A stretch of 64,000 nucleotides of DNA from Octopus sinensis (taxonomy: Eukaryota): the NCBI RefSeq assembly GCF_006345805.1, contig NC_043022.1:5022001-5086000 (forward strand), given 5' to 3'. Below are positions 23,511 through 36,582 of this stretch, piece by piece (positions within the stretch are counted from its first letter, which is position 1; each line of letters begins with the position of its first letter). The notes under the pieces are model-generated. The model was not told the origin of the DNA and made no database searches. It saw only the letters and a program-made list of their open reading frames with translations. Made by a program: the position numbers and the translations under genes.

Positions 23511-24034
23511 AGGGCAGATTTCACACCGATGAGGACTGTATGAAAATTAAGTTGGAAATTACAGAACAATGGAATACGCTATCCACGTGAATACGCTATC
23601 AGATGATATCATCTGGCTGTTGGCTGTTGTAACAGGAGATTATTGAGTTTGGAACGGCAATAATATCGGTGTTACTTCCCTCATTGTTGGCCAAACAGTG
23701 ATTGGGCACTATCAACAACAACGATAATGATGGTGGTTTCAAATTTTGGTAGAGGGCCAGCAGTGTTTGAGGGATGGAGTAAGTCAATAGGGTCAATCTT
23801 AGTACTCGGCCGATGCTTATTTAGTCGATACTGAAGTGATGAAAGGCAAAGTTGACCTCGATGGAATTTGAACTCAGAATATAAAGACAGACAAAATACT
23901 GTTAAGTATTTTGCCGGGCATGCTAATGATTCTGCCAGCTCACCACCTAAATTAATTAATAATAATAGTAATAATAATAACACTAAACTTTTGGCACATA
24001 TAATAATAATAATGATAATAATAATAATGATAAA

Positions 24035-24085
<51 letters not shown>

Positions 24086-24089
24086 CATC

Positions 24090-24540
24090 ATCATCATCGT
24101 TTAACGTCTGCTTTCCATGCTAGTATGGGTTGGACGATTTTGACTGAGGGCTGGTGAACCAGATGGTTGCACCAGTCTCCAGTCTTGATTTGGCAGAGTT
24201 TCGACAGCTGGATGCCCTTCCTAACGCCAACCACTCCGAGAATGTAGTGGGTGCTTTTTACGTGCCACCGGCACGGGAGCCAGTCAGGTCGTACTGGCAA
24301 TGACCTCGCTCGAATCCTTTTACACATGCCACCAGCACAGGTGCCAGTAAGGCGACGTTGGTATCGATCACGCTTGAATGGTGCCCTTTTACGTGCCACT
24401 GGCATGGAAGCCAGTTTGCTGCTCTGGCAACGATCACACTCGGATGTTGCTCTTGGCACCCTACTAGCACGGGCACAAGTGCCAGTAAGGCGACACTGGT
24501 AATGCTGGTAACGATCACGCTCAAATGGTACCCTTTAAAT
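24090..24540 (-). mobile_element. RTE-type 3' tail element
   Basis: CATCATCGTTTAACGTCTG...GGATGCCCTTCCTAACGCCAACC. Further copies at ~11995, 17200, 34990, 38150, 45830, 51000, 53200 and 55960. Confidence 0.8.
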
Positions 24541-24551
24541 GGTGCCCTTTA

Positions 24552-24595
<44 letters not shown>

Positions 24596-24598
<3 letters not shown>

Positions 24599-25032
24599 CA
24601 CAGATTTGCTTGTCAGTTGTTTGACCTTAACCAGTTGAGCATGTCCCTTAGTGGCTGACGATATGTGCATCTCTGATCATGAGCAGAAGTAGTGGGGGAG
24701 CATCATAGCCATGTGTTCAGAGGGATTCTTTGGGGTTTGAATAATTCACCTCTGGAAACATGGGTGGTTCTTTCAACATCCTTAAAACAACCCTTATTCA
24801 GGGACCTTCTGAGCGGGATGGGCTACTCAACCTGAAGAAAATTCTAACTGGGCCCCACCTGCAAGGTCATGTGCTGTTTATCTTGATATGAGATCACCAT
24901 GTCGCGCACATATGGTTGTGATGCATGTGCCTGGTGTACCCTTATCAGACGGGTAGTCATGATGGGTATATTGGGCTTCGTATATTTTACCCCAGTGTCA
25001 CTTTGATGGCATGAACTGCTCTCTCACTCAAT
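24596..25032. mobile_element. Unclassified repeat embedded in (AAT)n arrays
   Basis: Second copy at 57871-58275. Both end CTCTCTCACTC-(AAT)n. Confidence 0.7.
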
Positions 25033-25054
25033 AATAATAATAATAATAATAATA

Positions 25055-25345
25055 TAGCACCACATGTGCTATGTAGTTGATGTTGCATGTCCCTTTGACC
25101 TATGAATAGTCAATAAGGAAGGTGGAAAAATAGATAGATACAGCCCTCTTAAGTATAAAATGGCCCAGCTATGGAAAATGAAGAAGGTGAAGATAGTGCC
25201 AATTATTGTTGGGTCCTTGGGAACAGTATCAGAAGGCATCAAGGGGAATATAAAGGAAACTGGAATAGAGTGCCCAGTAGAACTGTTACAAAGTGTTTGC
25301 CTCCTTGGCAAGGCCGCAATAATCAGGAAAGTATTAGATAGCAAG
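25055..25345 (+). mobile_element. R4/Dong-like LINE 3' fragment (restriction-like endonuclease C-terminus)
   Basis: MAQLWKMKKVKIVPIIVGSLGTV...CLLGKAAIIRKVLDS, directly after (AAT)n. Confidence 0.7.
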
Positions 25346-25906
25346 CCCAGAGTGACTAATCACCAATTTGATTGTGGTTGAATTTGAAAATATGCTGGTT
25401 TTTAATTAATTTCAATGAATTAAGATTTCTAAGTTATCTCCCTTACCTTTCTTAGCCAGAATTAATAATTGAACTCAGGTGTTTCCCCTTACTGCAAGTA
25501 GAGGGTTAATTAAGTAACATTTTTGAATTTAATATATGAAGTATGTCAACTTCTCATCTCCCCCCCCCCCCATTAAAACTATATTACTATCAAAACTTAG
25601 TTACTTGTATTTTTTCAAAAAAAAATAAATTGTTTAAATATTGATTGAAAAATTGAAGTATTATTGATTTTGAAGCTGATCAATAATTACTTGTCTTTAA
25701 AATCAATGCCTCAGTTGCATTTTGGTAATATTTAAGCTTCAATTTAGACAACAACTAGAATGCAGAGGCGGCAGATTTTTTTTTATCAAAACTGTCTCTT
25801 CAGGGACATTGATGAATGATGAAGAAGGGAAGAAGATGCTGGACTTGAACACTCAACGTCCACAAATCAACTATTTTGACAACTGGGAAAAGAAGGGGGT
25901 CTTATG

Positions 25907-26265
25907 CTCTCTCTCTCTTGCTCTCTCCTCCTCCCTTTCCATCTGTCCTCCTCTTCTCCGATCTCGTCTTCCTCCTTCTACTCTCACCTTCTCCTTCTCC
26001 CCCTTTCTTCTTCCTCTCCCTTTCCTTCCTCTTTGTCTTCTCTCTCTTTTCTTCTTGTCTCTTTCATCCCCCTGTCTATCTGTTTGTCTCTCTCTCTCTT
26101 GCTCTCTCCTCCTCCCTTTCCATCTGTCCTCCTCTTCTCCGATCTCGTCTTCCTCCTTCTACTCTCACCTTCTCCGTCTCCCCCTTTCTTCTTCCTCTCC
26201 CTTTCCTTCCTCTTTGTCTTCTCTCTCTTTTCTTCCTGTCTCTTTCATCCCCCTCTCGTCCCTCT
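25907..26265 (+). repeat. Tandem duplication of a CT-rich unit, period 181 bp
   Basis: TTGCTCTCTCCTCCTCCC recurs with its G at 25920 and 26101. Confidence 0.85.
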
Positions 26266-26623
26266 GTCTGTCTGTCTGTCTCTGTCTCTCCCTCCTGCTC
26301 TTCCATCTTTCTCACTTTCTCCCCCCCTCTTTCTCTCTCCAAGTACCAACTCTAAAGAGAGAGGTCCATGTCATGTGACCCAGTACCCCTGTCCAGCAAT
26401 TAGATACACCTTCTGCCTCAAGATTATATTGAGGAGAGCAGGATCCTCACAGAGTAAACTACAGATGAACCAGCTGAGGGCAGCAGGAAACTGTGGCTTG
26501 TCATTTTCCCACAAGAAGGAAACCATGGACCATCAGGATTTCCCTTGGGAGGAACACAACGATGCTTCCCTGTTGCCTCTTCCTGTATATTCTGAGTTTA
26601 TTCTGTTTGTTTCCTACCACAAA

Positions 26624-26782
26624 CGTAGCTAGAGGGGGCGCAGAGGGGTTGCCCACCCTGGGCAGCACTTTTTTGGGGACAGCACCACTTTTGATTCTGC
26701 TGTGGGCAATATGTATATTTTGTGAGGGCCCAGGAGGTGGAAAACTGAAGGGCCGCCCCGGGCAGCACACACTCTAGCTACG
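26624..26782. mobile_element. Small MITE-like element
   Basis: 11-bp terminal inverted repeat CGTAGCTAGAG/CTCTAGCTACG around a GC-rich interior. Confidence 0.45.
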
Positions 26783-27135
26783 CTAGTGTCTCCTATGATC
26801 CCAAGTTTTTCCTTGAGACGTAGGGACTAGCAAATGCTTAGTTTGTAGGGGACAAGTTCTTGAGGTTCATGTACCAACAGAACATGTTTTGGGGTCATTG
26901 CTTCTTCCCAGTTTTGTAGGATTTGGCCATAAGATAACCTTCAGCTACTTGACACATAACTGGGGCCCTTGACAGGTATTACCGTTTTGGGCAAGAGTGG
27001 CCATGGCACTAGGGAGCAACTAAGGGACTACACTCTACAAAACTATCCTAACTTGACACTTTTTCTAGTTTAGCAGAAAATTTTCATTTTATGTCTTAGA
27101 AAGATGTAAGTTTTTGGGAAAAATACGTGTGTGGA

Positions 27136-27182
<47 letters not shown>

Positions 27183-27929
27183 TGCATGTGTGTGAGAGAA
27201 AGAGAGAGAGAGAAAGCGAGAAAGAAAGGAAAGGAAAGGAGAGAAAGACAGGAAGGAGTAATGCAATGTGCTTTACACACACACACACACTAACATACAC
27301 CCATTTTTGCTCTCACACACACTCTTTTTCTCTCTCTCACACACACTCTCTCTCTCTCACTTTCTCTCTCTCTCACTTTCTTTCCCTCTCTTTCTCTCTA
27401 ACCTCCACACACACATATACATACATACACACACTCTCTCTCTTTCCAACTTCTCTCTCACTCCAACCTCTCTTTCTCTCCCTCTCTCCCTCCAACCTCT
27501 CTCTCTCCCTCTCCCCCCTCTAACTCACAGACACATCCACATACACCAACCAATACAGTTTGAATCAGCATCTAAACCTCACTCAGTCTGGAATGAGGTT
27601 GACGATTGTATTTCTGAGGTGGGGGGGAACAGAATAGGAAGGTTTGTGTAGGTTGAACACTAACGCCACCACAAATAACAGACCAGAGATGAGAGAGAGA
27701 GAGAGAGAGAAAAAAAAAGGGTGATGTATTATGAGGGGAAGTAAAGGGAGGTAATGCAGAGGTGGCGGTGGAAGCAGGGACTCCGCTCAGCCGTTCACCG
27801 ATATACACAGAAAGATAAATGTTAAGAGTTGACTCTGATTCCCCGCTCTGTGTTTACGTATAAATATCTGTAGCACACTGTTGGTTCCATTAATGGATAA
27901 AAATACAACACTCCATAGCCCACAGGAAT

Positions 27930-28390
27930 TATCTGTTGTTGTTGTTGTTCTTCTTCTTTTTCTTCTTCTTCTCCTTCTTCTTCTTTTCCTTCTTCTTCTT
28001 TTCCTTCTTCTTCTTTTTCTTCTTCTTCTTCTTCTTCTTCTTCTTTCTTCTCCTTCTCCACCTTCTTCTCCTTCTTCTTTTCTTCTTCTTCTTCTTCTTC
28101 TTCTTCTTCTCCTCCTTCTTCTCCTTCTTTTTCTTCTTCTTCTCCTCCTCCTCCTCCTTCTTCTTCTTCTCCTCCTCCTCCTCCTCCTCCCCTGCCTCCT
28201 CCTCCTCTTCCTCTTCTTCTTCTTCTTCTTCTTCTCTTCTTACCATCACCGCCACCACCAACACTGCCGCTGCTGCCATCACCACTACCAGAACAGCTGC
28301 TGCTCTCACTGCTCCGGTTAATATGTGAGGAACTATATCAGAAATTATTCTCTTCTTCCTCTCATCATCACCATCACCATCACCATCATC

Positions 28391-28422
<32 letters not shown>

Positions 28423-28460
28423 CATCATCATTACTATTATTAGCAGTAGTAGTGGTGGTC
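27930..28460. repeat. (CTT)n/(CCT)n/(CAT)n microsatellite block
   Basis: Visible directly. Explains the poly-K/E/F/L ORFs. Confidence 0.95.
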
Positions 28461-29139
28461 GTAGTCACTTGTAACAGCAATCTGTTTGAAGTAGTTTCTC
28501 TACTTTCTTGGATTGAGTCACCGAGTAAATTCAGTGACCTAGCCTGGAGACTAACAGGACGAAAGCAATCACAATGACCATCCAAAAAAAGAAAAAGAAA
28601 AAAACTGGTTCAATTAATCCCCACCCCTCCCCCCAACACCACCAGCCTCACCCTGACTCGATTCCGCAATCTCTGCACAATTGTCTCTCAGTGCCCCCCC
28701 CACCATCTTCAGCTCCCTCTGTGAACCCCTCCGTCCTTCCCCCCACATGTGTATCCCCCCATTCCCAGCAAACGCACAAAAGCTAAAACAAAACCAAACG
28801 ACATCAACCTATAAGTGATCAATACACGAATTGTCTCACTGTTTCTTAAATCGTGTTCTTTGATCGCTCGGCATTAAAACGATGGTTTCTGTTTAAAGAT
28901 GGTGTGATCACCACTGGAATAATTGTTACTGTGTTCATGGCAATCGATCATTTTGTGAATAATTTAACACTTTGCTTCGCTATTGATCTTCTTGGAAAAC
29001 ATATCAAATCGTACAAATTAAAAATTCCTCGTTAAGATTTTTTAAAGGTAAATCATATTGATTTCTGTCATAGGCACGAGGCCTCAAATTTGTGAGGAGT
29101 CAGGTGGGTTTCAACTGATTAGGGGATTTGAATAATTCT

Positions 29140-29510
29140 TTTATTCTTTTACTTGTTTCAGTCATTTGACTGCAGCCATGCTGGAGCACCACCTTTAGTC
29201 AAAGAAATCGACCCCAGGGCTTATTCTTTGTAAACCTAGTACTTATTCTATCGATCCCTTTTGCCGAACCACTAAGTTATGGAAATGTAAACACACCACC
29301 ATCGGTTGTCAAGCGATGGTGGGGAGACACATACACACACACATATGATGGGCTTCTTTCAGTTTCTGTCTACCAAATCCACTCATGAGGTATTGGTCAG
29401 CCCGAGGCTACAGCAGAAGACACATGACCAAGGTGCCACCCAGTGAGACTGAACCCAGATCCATGAGGTTGGGAAACAAGCTTCTTACCACACAGCTACT
29501 CCTGCACCTA
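29140..29510 (-). mobile_element. SINE family A
   Basis: Reverse family-A copy. Others at ~30150, 33845, 38520, 45275, 46015 and 48540. Confidence 0.8.
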
Positions 29511-29890
29511 TAACTGATTGGTATTTCATTTTATCAGCCCCCAGAAGAATTAAACCAATGATGATAATATAGGGGATATTTTATCATGGAGTACTATAGT
29601 TGAATATTTTAAACAATATTGCTATCTATATATATAACACTGAGAATGTGTGTCTGTCTGTCTGTCTGTGTGTTTTCCTAAAACTTGAAAACTACAAAAC
29701 CAATTTCATTCAAATTTTACACATGCCTTACTTAGGGTCCATGTAGTGTTATGGGCAAAGAAAATGTTTAACTTCTTGTCTAGCCCACAGCAATATCATA
29801 TCTTCTCCACTATTTCAGCATTAAGTGTTAAAAGTGAAACAAAAACATTTCTCTATTGTATGTATATGGATGTATATATATATAGAGAGA

Positions 29891-29928
<38 letters not shown>

Positions 29929-30550
29929 CATGTATATATATGGATGTATATATATAGCTGTATATGTATACATGTATATGTATAGATGTATTTCTATAGA
30001 TATACATGTATGTCTAGATGTATATATATATATATAGATGTACATGTAATATGCACACATATATATACACATATATATATGCATACATATATACACCCAT
30101 ACACACATACATATACACCCACCTACCCACACACATACACACACAGATAGGTGCAGGTGTGGCTGTGTGGTAACAAACTTGGTTCCAAAACACATGTTCC
30201 TCAGTTCAGTCCCACTGTGTGGTAACTTGGCATGTGTCTTCTGCTATAGTCTCTGACCAATCAAAGCCTTGTCAGTGGATTTTGTAGACAGAAACTGAAA
30301 GAAAGCAATTGTATGTATATATGTAAGTCTATGTGTGTGTCTTTGCGTTTCTCCCTCATCACTGCTTCACAAATGCTGTTCATTTATTTACATCCACATA
30401 ACTTACTGGTTTCACAAGAACAAACTAATAGAATAAGTACCATGCTTATCAACATAAAAAAAAGCACTAGGCTGTGTCTCATATTTTTGTTTGCCCACTC
30501 AGTTGTATTTATCAGTTTATCTTTGTATGTGTGTGTGTGTATATATATCT

Positions 30551-30581
<31 letters not shown>

Positions 30582-32259
30582 TAACACCCTAATGGGAGCC
30601 TTAACTCCCAAATTTTAGTAATTTCTTCTTTGATCCAAAACTAGGTCAAAAGTACTGAATGGATTTTTATAAAATTTGGAAATTATATTCTATGCATAAA
30701 GGCCATAACCCCCATGACAATTCATATATTTTTGCTGTTGATGAAATTTTAACCATAGATGTTAGACACAAATGAAGTAATATTTATAAAATTTCATCTT
30801 CTTACAAGTTAGAAAGACCCCGCCATGGGGACTTAACACCCACAATTTTGTCATTTTATCTAAGCAAAAACGAATACAGTTGTGCTCTTGGAGGCTGTAG
30901 GGTTACCCGAGCATAAAAGTTGGGCATTATTTCTAATTCAACGGTACAACAGTGTAAGAGTTTGCTTTGACATACACTTACATTGTGATTTCTGCAATGT
31001 GCTGCATAAATTGTCAAGTAAATGAGAGGCATCTTTGCCTCCACTGATTCAGTTGCAAAGTGTTGAGTAAAGTTATTTGATTGCAAACCTCCTTTCAGTC
31101 TTTTTATTATCACTGAGTCACACATAGTCCCCACATGGTAACATTGATTTCAAGGCCTTCCCAGATGAGTGACTGGTTATTCAAAGACATTTATAGATTG
31201 TAAATTTATTCTGTCCAGTTACTTATCAGTATAGTGGTCATTTGCAAACTCCAGAGGTGACACTTTAATTTCTCCTTAGCCCTCACGTCACACAGTTGTT
31301 ACTGTTGATTTCAGTTGGGTCACGCCCTTCCAATTGCTATAGATTCGTAATGCATCTTACGGCTGTGCCTGTCACCTGGATGGTGAGGAATCCTGCATTG
31401 GGAGTGGTAACGACTAGGGTAGGGTAACTGACTGCTTATTGTGATCATTCGTCTTTTGGTTTCCTGTAGCTTTGTTCTCTTTTACAAACCCAGTGAACAT
31501 ATATTTCCTATTTCAAAGAAATTCAAACAATAGATATAAGACCCAAGTTAAAAAGATTCTCAACAATTCAACTTCTCTGGTTGACATTAAGATGCCCACC
31601 CCCAACAGGGGCCTTAACTCTCACATTTTAGAGCTCCATGACCTCCATTTTTCAGGAGCAAAATCTTCTAACAGGTTCTATACGACTGGAATTTTGGAAT
31701 ATGCGCATAAAAATCAGTATTATGGGATACATGTGGCACGATTACAATTTTTTTAGGGTGTGTAAAGAAGGAAATAACCCTCATCTGCAATTTTGATGAA
31801 ATTCGAAACAGATATTCCAGTTCATTACAGAAAATATAACAGAAAAGTCTAATTCTTCAATTGAATGTAACCAGGCAATGCTGGGTACCTCTGCTAGTAT
31901 TGTATAAAGTTAAAATTTAGGGCTATCAAGAAGATTATTAAGAAGAATATTATAACAAAAGGATAAAAGTGTTTTGGATACTTTTGGGTATATACCAGAT
32001 TTTACCACAATAGAGGGAGGAAAAGAAATTACATAGAAATAGTTTAATATTTATACATATTATATATACTTAAATACTAACTTATCAGGTGGTATCTATG
32101 AAGATTGATCATTGGCATTTACTGGTATTTAATAAAGGAGTACCGAGGCGAAAGAACATGCTAACTATATATTAATTAAATTATAATCTAAGCAGTTAAT
32201 TTTAAGTTGTGAAAATACCAGTATTGTTTTATATAAGCTAAGTATGAATTTATGTTTTT

Positions 32260-32347
32260 ATGCAACTGAGGATTGCTCTGCATTAAAATTGATGAAATGG
32301 TTGCATTTTTCAATTAAATGGAGTCGCTTGAAACGATCGTACTGCAT
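32260..32347 (+). ncRNA. Degenerate type-I hammerhead motif
   Basis: ATGCAA CTGAGGA ... GAAAC GATC GTA CTGCAT. Palindromic stem III (ACGAUCGU); stem II is poor. Confidence 0.45.
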
Positions 32348-32390
32348 TACCTCTGGATATCCTGTTGCTTATTTTGATTATATATATATA

Positions 32391-32602
32391 TACGAGGGGT
32401 GTTGAAAAGTTCCCAGCTTTGGATAAAACAGAATACAGGATGAGGATCAGTTAATTATGATTTTATCAACATGTATCCCTCCCAGATATACACATTTATT
32501 GCCGTGGTCCTTCAGTTTTTCTAAGCCCTGTAAAAAAACTTGGAAGGCTGGGCCTCCAACCAAGCCTCTCACATTGAGCCAGGAACTTAGCAACCCCTCA
32601 TA
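32391..32602. mobile_element. Mariner MITE with TA TSD
   Basis: TACGAGGGGTTGTTGAAAAGTTCC ... GGAACTTAGCAACCCCTCATA. The interior retains the transposase C-terminus. A related copy is at 60165-60385. Confidence 0.75.
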
Positions 32603-34409
32603 CACATCCCTTATACTCTGTATTATACACACCCCTAATTTTAATCTGGATTTTCATGAAAAAAGATCTTTTTATCAAAGGAGTTTTATAGTAAATTTTA
32701 TTAGTTTATATTCCAAGGTTGTCTCCCTTACTTTTTCTTGACTAATTAATGATGTCTTTCCCTCCTCATTATATTTGTAATGTCAACAAACTGAAATATC
32801 TTTTGTTAATTACATTAAATGTATTACTGCCCACTTTAGAAGATTACAGGTAGACATAGAGAGTCATATAACAGCTTTTGTTATCACATTCTACCACTAG
32901 GTGCTGCTTCACAATCATCGCAAGGCCTGTGGATAGAATATTAATATTTCTAATGTTTTTTCCTTCTTCTTCCCTAAAAATAGTCACTAAATGCATTATT
33001 TCTCTATTGGTATGAACAGATAAATTCAATTATCCTTAACAGGAAATTGAATTAGTTTTTAAAAAAAAATTGAAAAAACAAAAATAAAAAACTAGTGAAA
33101 ATTTTATTTTTCTAATTATTGGCTAAGTTTGGTGGAATTTGTCTGAAATTCGTAGAAATCAATGTTAATTAGTTTAAAAGTTTGAAATAAAGAATAATTA
33201 GAAGGTAAACTGTTTTCATATCGAAGAATTCGTACCTATAAGATGTGGACTTGTAAATATCTAATTTGTAAGTTTTGTCTTTTTAGCTGTAGGTCAACGC
33301 AGAGATCGCTTAAAACTGATGTAAAACAATTTTGAGAGTGAAGGGTGAGTAGGGGGAAGAAGAGCAGGGGGAGGTGGAGGGGAAAGGACGTGGCGGCGGT
33401 GGTGGCGGTAAAGAAAATGGAGGGATCGAATTTGAATTGTTGATAAGCGACATCGCGCTTGTGCACGCATGCACTTTTGTGCATTTCTGTGTGTGTGTAT
33501 GTGCGTGTGAATGCTGTAATGTGTTGGAGCATGTGTGTGTGTGCAACCCATCACCACCTTCTCTGTAGGTGAGGACGGGGACTGCATTTGAGTATATCGA
33601 CACATCAGTGCATACAGCTGTGTGTTAGTGCGTTTGTGCTTGTGGTGTGCGTGTATATCCATGTCTGCGTAAGTATGTAGGTATCTGTGTGTGTATGTGT
33701 ATGTGATTATAGTTACAGAGGCACGTGGCCTAATGGTGAGGGTGTTGTACTCATGACTGAAAGGTTGGGGTTTCGATTCCAGGACCAGGTTGTGCACAGT
33801 GTTCTTCAACAAAATATTTCATTTTATATTGCTCAAGTTTTTATAGGTGTAAGAGTGGTCGTGTGGTAAAAAGCTTGCTTCCCAACCACATGGTTCCGGG
33901 TTCAGTCCCACTGCATGTCACCTTGGGCAAGTGCCTTCTACTGTAGCCTTGGGCTGACCAGAGCTTTGTGAGTGAATTTGGTAGAGGGAAACTGAAAGAA
34001 GCCCGTTGTGTACATATATATATCATCATCATTTAACACCCGCTTTCCATGCTAGCATGGGTTGGACATATATATATATATATACATACACACACATGTA
34101 TGTATATTTATGTGTGTGTGTGCCTTTGTGTCTGTGTTTGTCGCCCCACCATCACTCGACAACTGATGTTGGTGTGTTTATGTCCCTGAAACTTAGCAGT
34201 TTGTCAAAAGAGACCAATAGAATAAGTACTAGGATTACAAAGAATAAGTCCCGGGGTAGTGCTCCAGCGTGGCCACAATCATATGATTGAAATGTAGAAA
34301 AGAGTAAAAGAGTATAAACAAATGCAATAATGTTTGTTTTTTGCCCAAGTTATATATTAAAATCTTTTCTACTCTAGGCACAAAGCCCAAAATTTTTGGG
34401 AGGGGGCCA

Positions 34410-34830
34410 GTCTGTTAGATCGACCCCAGTATGCAACTGGTACTTAATTTATCGACCCCCGAAAGGACGAAAGGCAAAGTCCACCTTGGTGGAATTTGAA
34501 CTCAGAATGTAAAGACAGACGAAATACCTATTTCTTTATTACCCACAAGGGGCTAAACACAGAGGGGACAAACAAGGACAGATACAGGTATTAAGTCTAT
34601 TACATCGACCCCAGTGCGTAACTGGTACTTAATTTATCGACCCCGAAAGGATAAAAGGCAAAGTTGACCTCGGCGGAATTTGAACTCACAACGTAACGCA
34701 GACGAAATACCGCTAAGCATTTCGCCCGGCGTGCTAACGATTCTGCCAGCTTGCCGCCCTAGACAGACGAAATACCACTAAGCATTTCACCCGGTGTGCT
34801 AATGCTTCTGCCAGCTTGCTGCCTTGCCCA
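34410..34830 (-). mobile_element. SINE family D nested in another family-D copy
   Basis: Insert 34529-34760 is flanked by the 16-bp TSD AGACAGACGAAATACC. Confidence 0.85.
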
Positions 34831-35787
34831 AATTAAATATAAAAGCAATTTAATATTAAACTGTGGGTTTAAGGTGGTGAGTTGGAAGAATCCGTAGCAT
34901 GCCAAGCAAAATGCTTTATGACATTTTGTCAATCTTTACATGCTGAGTTCAAATTCTGTTGAGGTCGATTTTGCATTTCATCCTTTAGGGGTGACAAAAT
35001 AAGTACTAACAGTGCTGGTGCCACATATAAAGCACCCAGTCCACACTGTGAAGTGGTTGGCATTTGAAAGGGCATCCAGCCATAAAAACCATGCCAAAAC
35101 TGACCTTGCCTGTGCTGGTGCCCTGTAAAAGTGTTCAGTCCACTGTGCAGGGTGGTTGGTGTTAGGAAGGACATGCACCTGTAAAAACCATGTAAAAAAT
35201 TGACACAGAGGTCTGGTGCAGTCTTCTGTCTGGCCAGCTCCTATCAAACTGTCCAACCCATGCCAGCACGGAAGGAGGATGTTGAGCAATGATGATGTGA
35301 ACACTGGGGTCAATGTAATTAACTAACCCCATCTCCAGAAATTGATGGCCTTGTGCCAAAATTTGAAACCAATATTAAACTGAAGGATTACTCAATACTT
35401 TTTGATATATGTCTTGTAAACTTTTACAAAGCTCTTTCTTGGCTTTGTAAAGTCATTAGCAAGTTTAATGTTTTTATTTGGAGTGAGGTACATGAATGTA
35501 TGTGGATTAGAATTGGTGTACATAAGTAAATGTGTAGGAAGGGGGATAGCGGAGGATAGGAGGAAAGTGTGTGTTTGTAGTGAGTGGACAGGTAGGAAAT
35601 TATTGTGAGGAGATTTTCTTTGATTTGATGTAGGAATTGGGCTATTGTTTAGGCTTCAGTCAAGTATGGATGTACCTGTGTAAACAGGTGTCTCCAATTC
35701 TGTTAGAATATCTGTGACACTGGAGACAATTATTTCTCTTACAAGTGTGACGATTATAGACCATATACAAATATACATGTCTGCATG

Positions 35788-35838
<51 letters not shown>

Positions 35839-35849
35839 TGCCATGTTGA

Positions 35850-36090
35850 TTTGCTAGCCTCTGCACGCATTTTTTTCTCTCCTTCTTTCTGTGTTTTTTT
35901 TCTCTGTGTATCTTTCTGTTGAAGAGTGTAGGCTCGAAACGTTAAAGACTTGTTTTATTTATATTTCCTGAGCGCCATACTAATACAATTGTTTGTTTGA
36001 ATTCCACCTGCCTTCGTCTTTTGTTTATTTCCGTAAACCTGCCTTCATCTTTTGTCTATTTTCATAAAGCTTCCCATTATATATATATAT
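35850..36090 (+). mobile_element. Short PLE-derived unit with HHR-like motif
   Basis: TCTTT CTGTTGA A GAGT GTAG GCTC GAAAC GTT AAAGA at 35911-35949. Sits between (TA)n tracts, with a related reverse copy at ~50040-50160. Confidence 0.6.
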
Positions 36091-36582
36091 ATGTACGATT
36101 TTCATGTTTTATTATTTAGAATTTTTACAATTTTACAATATTGAAATAAACTAGTATTTTCATGCGTTACACAATCATTAGGTTTATGTAGTGACACTCA
36201 TGTTTCACAATCGACAAATGGTTAGTGAAATGGTTAGATTTGTTCTTTAAGTACCCTCCAATGGGTTCCAGCAGACTGAATCTTATGTAACAGACGCACA
36301 CGGATTGGTAAATATATTTCAAGAAATAGTCAATGCCGTAAGCCTAGTTGATGAGCTTTAAGTGTCAATTCGGCACAGAAAGCAAAATCAATTGATGCTG
36401 GGATATCTACCCCCCACCCCACCCCACCCTTTGCAGTTTTACAAATGGAGACAACTGTTATTTTTCGTATATTTGCTATATTCTCCGTGTGTGCTTACAT
36501 ATAGTGAGAGATGCATGGCTTTGGAGAGTTTTAACTATTCTTTCTAGCAAACAGGTGCATATTGTACCCTGACTTTTAATAT

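Noticed and set aside
25722-26632. 218-242 aa ORFs
   Set aside because: Mostly the duplicated pyrimidine tract, and the flanking unique parts show no recognisable domain.
30856-31134. 92-aa ORF with a GTAAGT donor on the minus strand
   Set aside because: No good acceptor and no recognisable homology.
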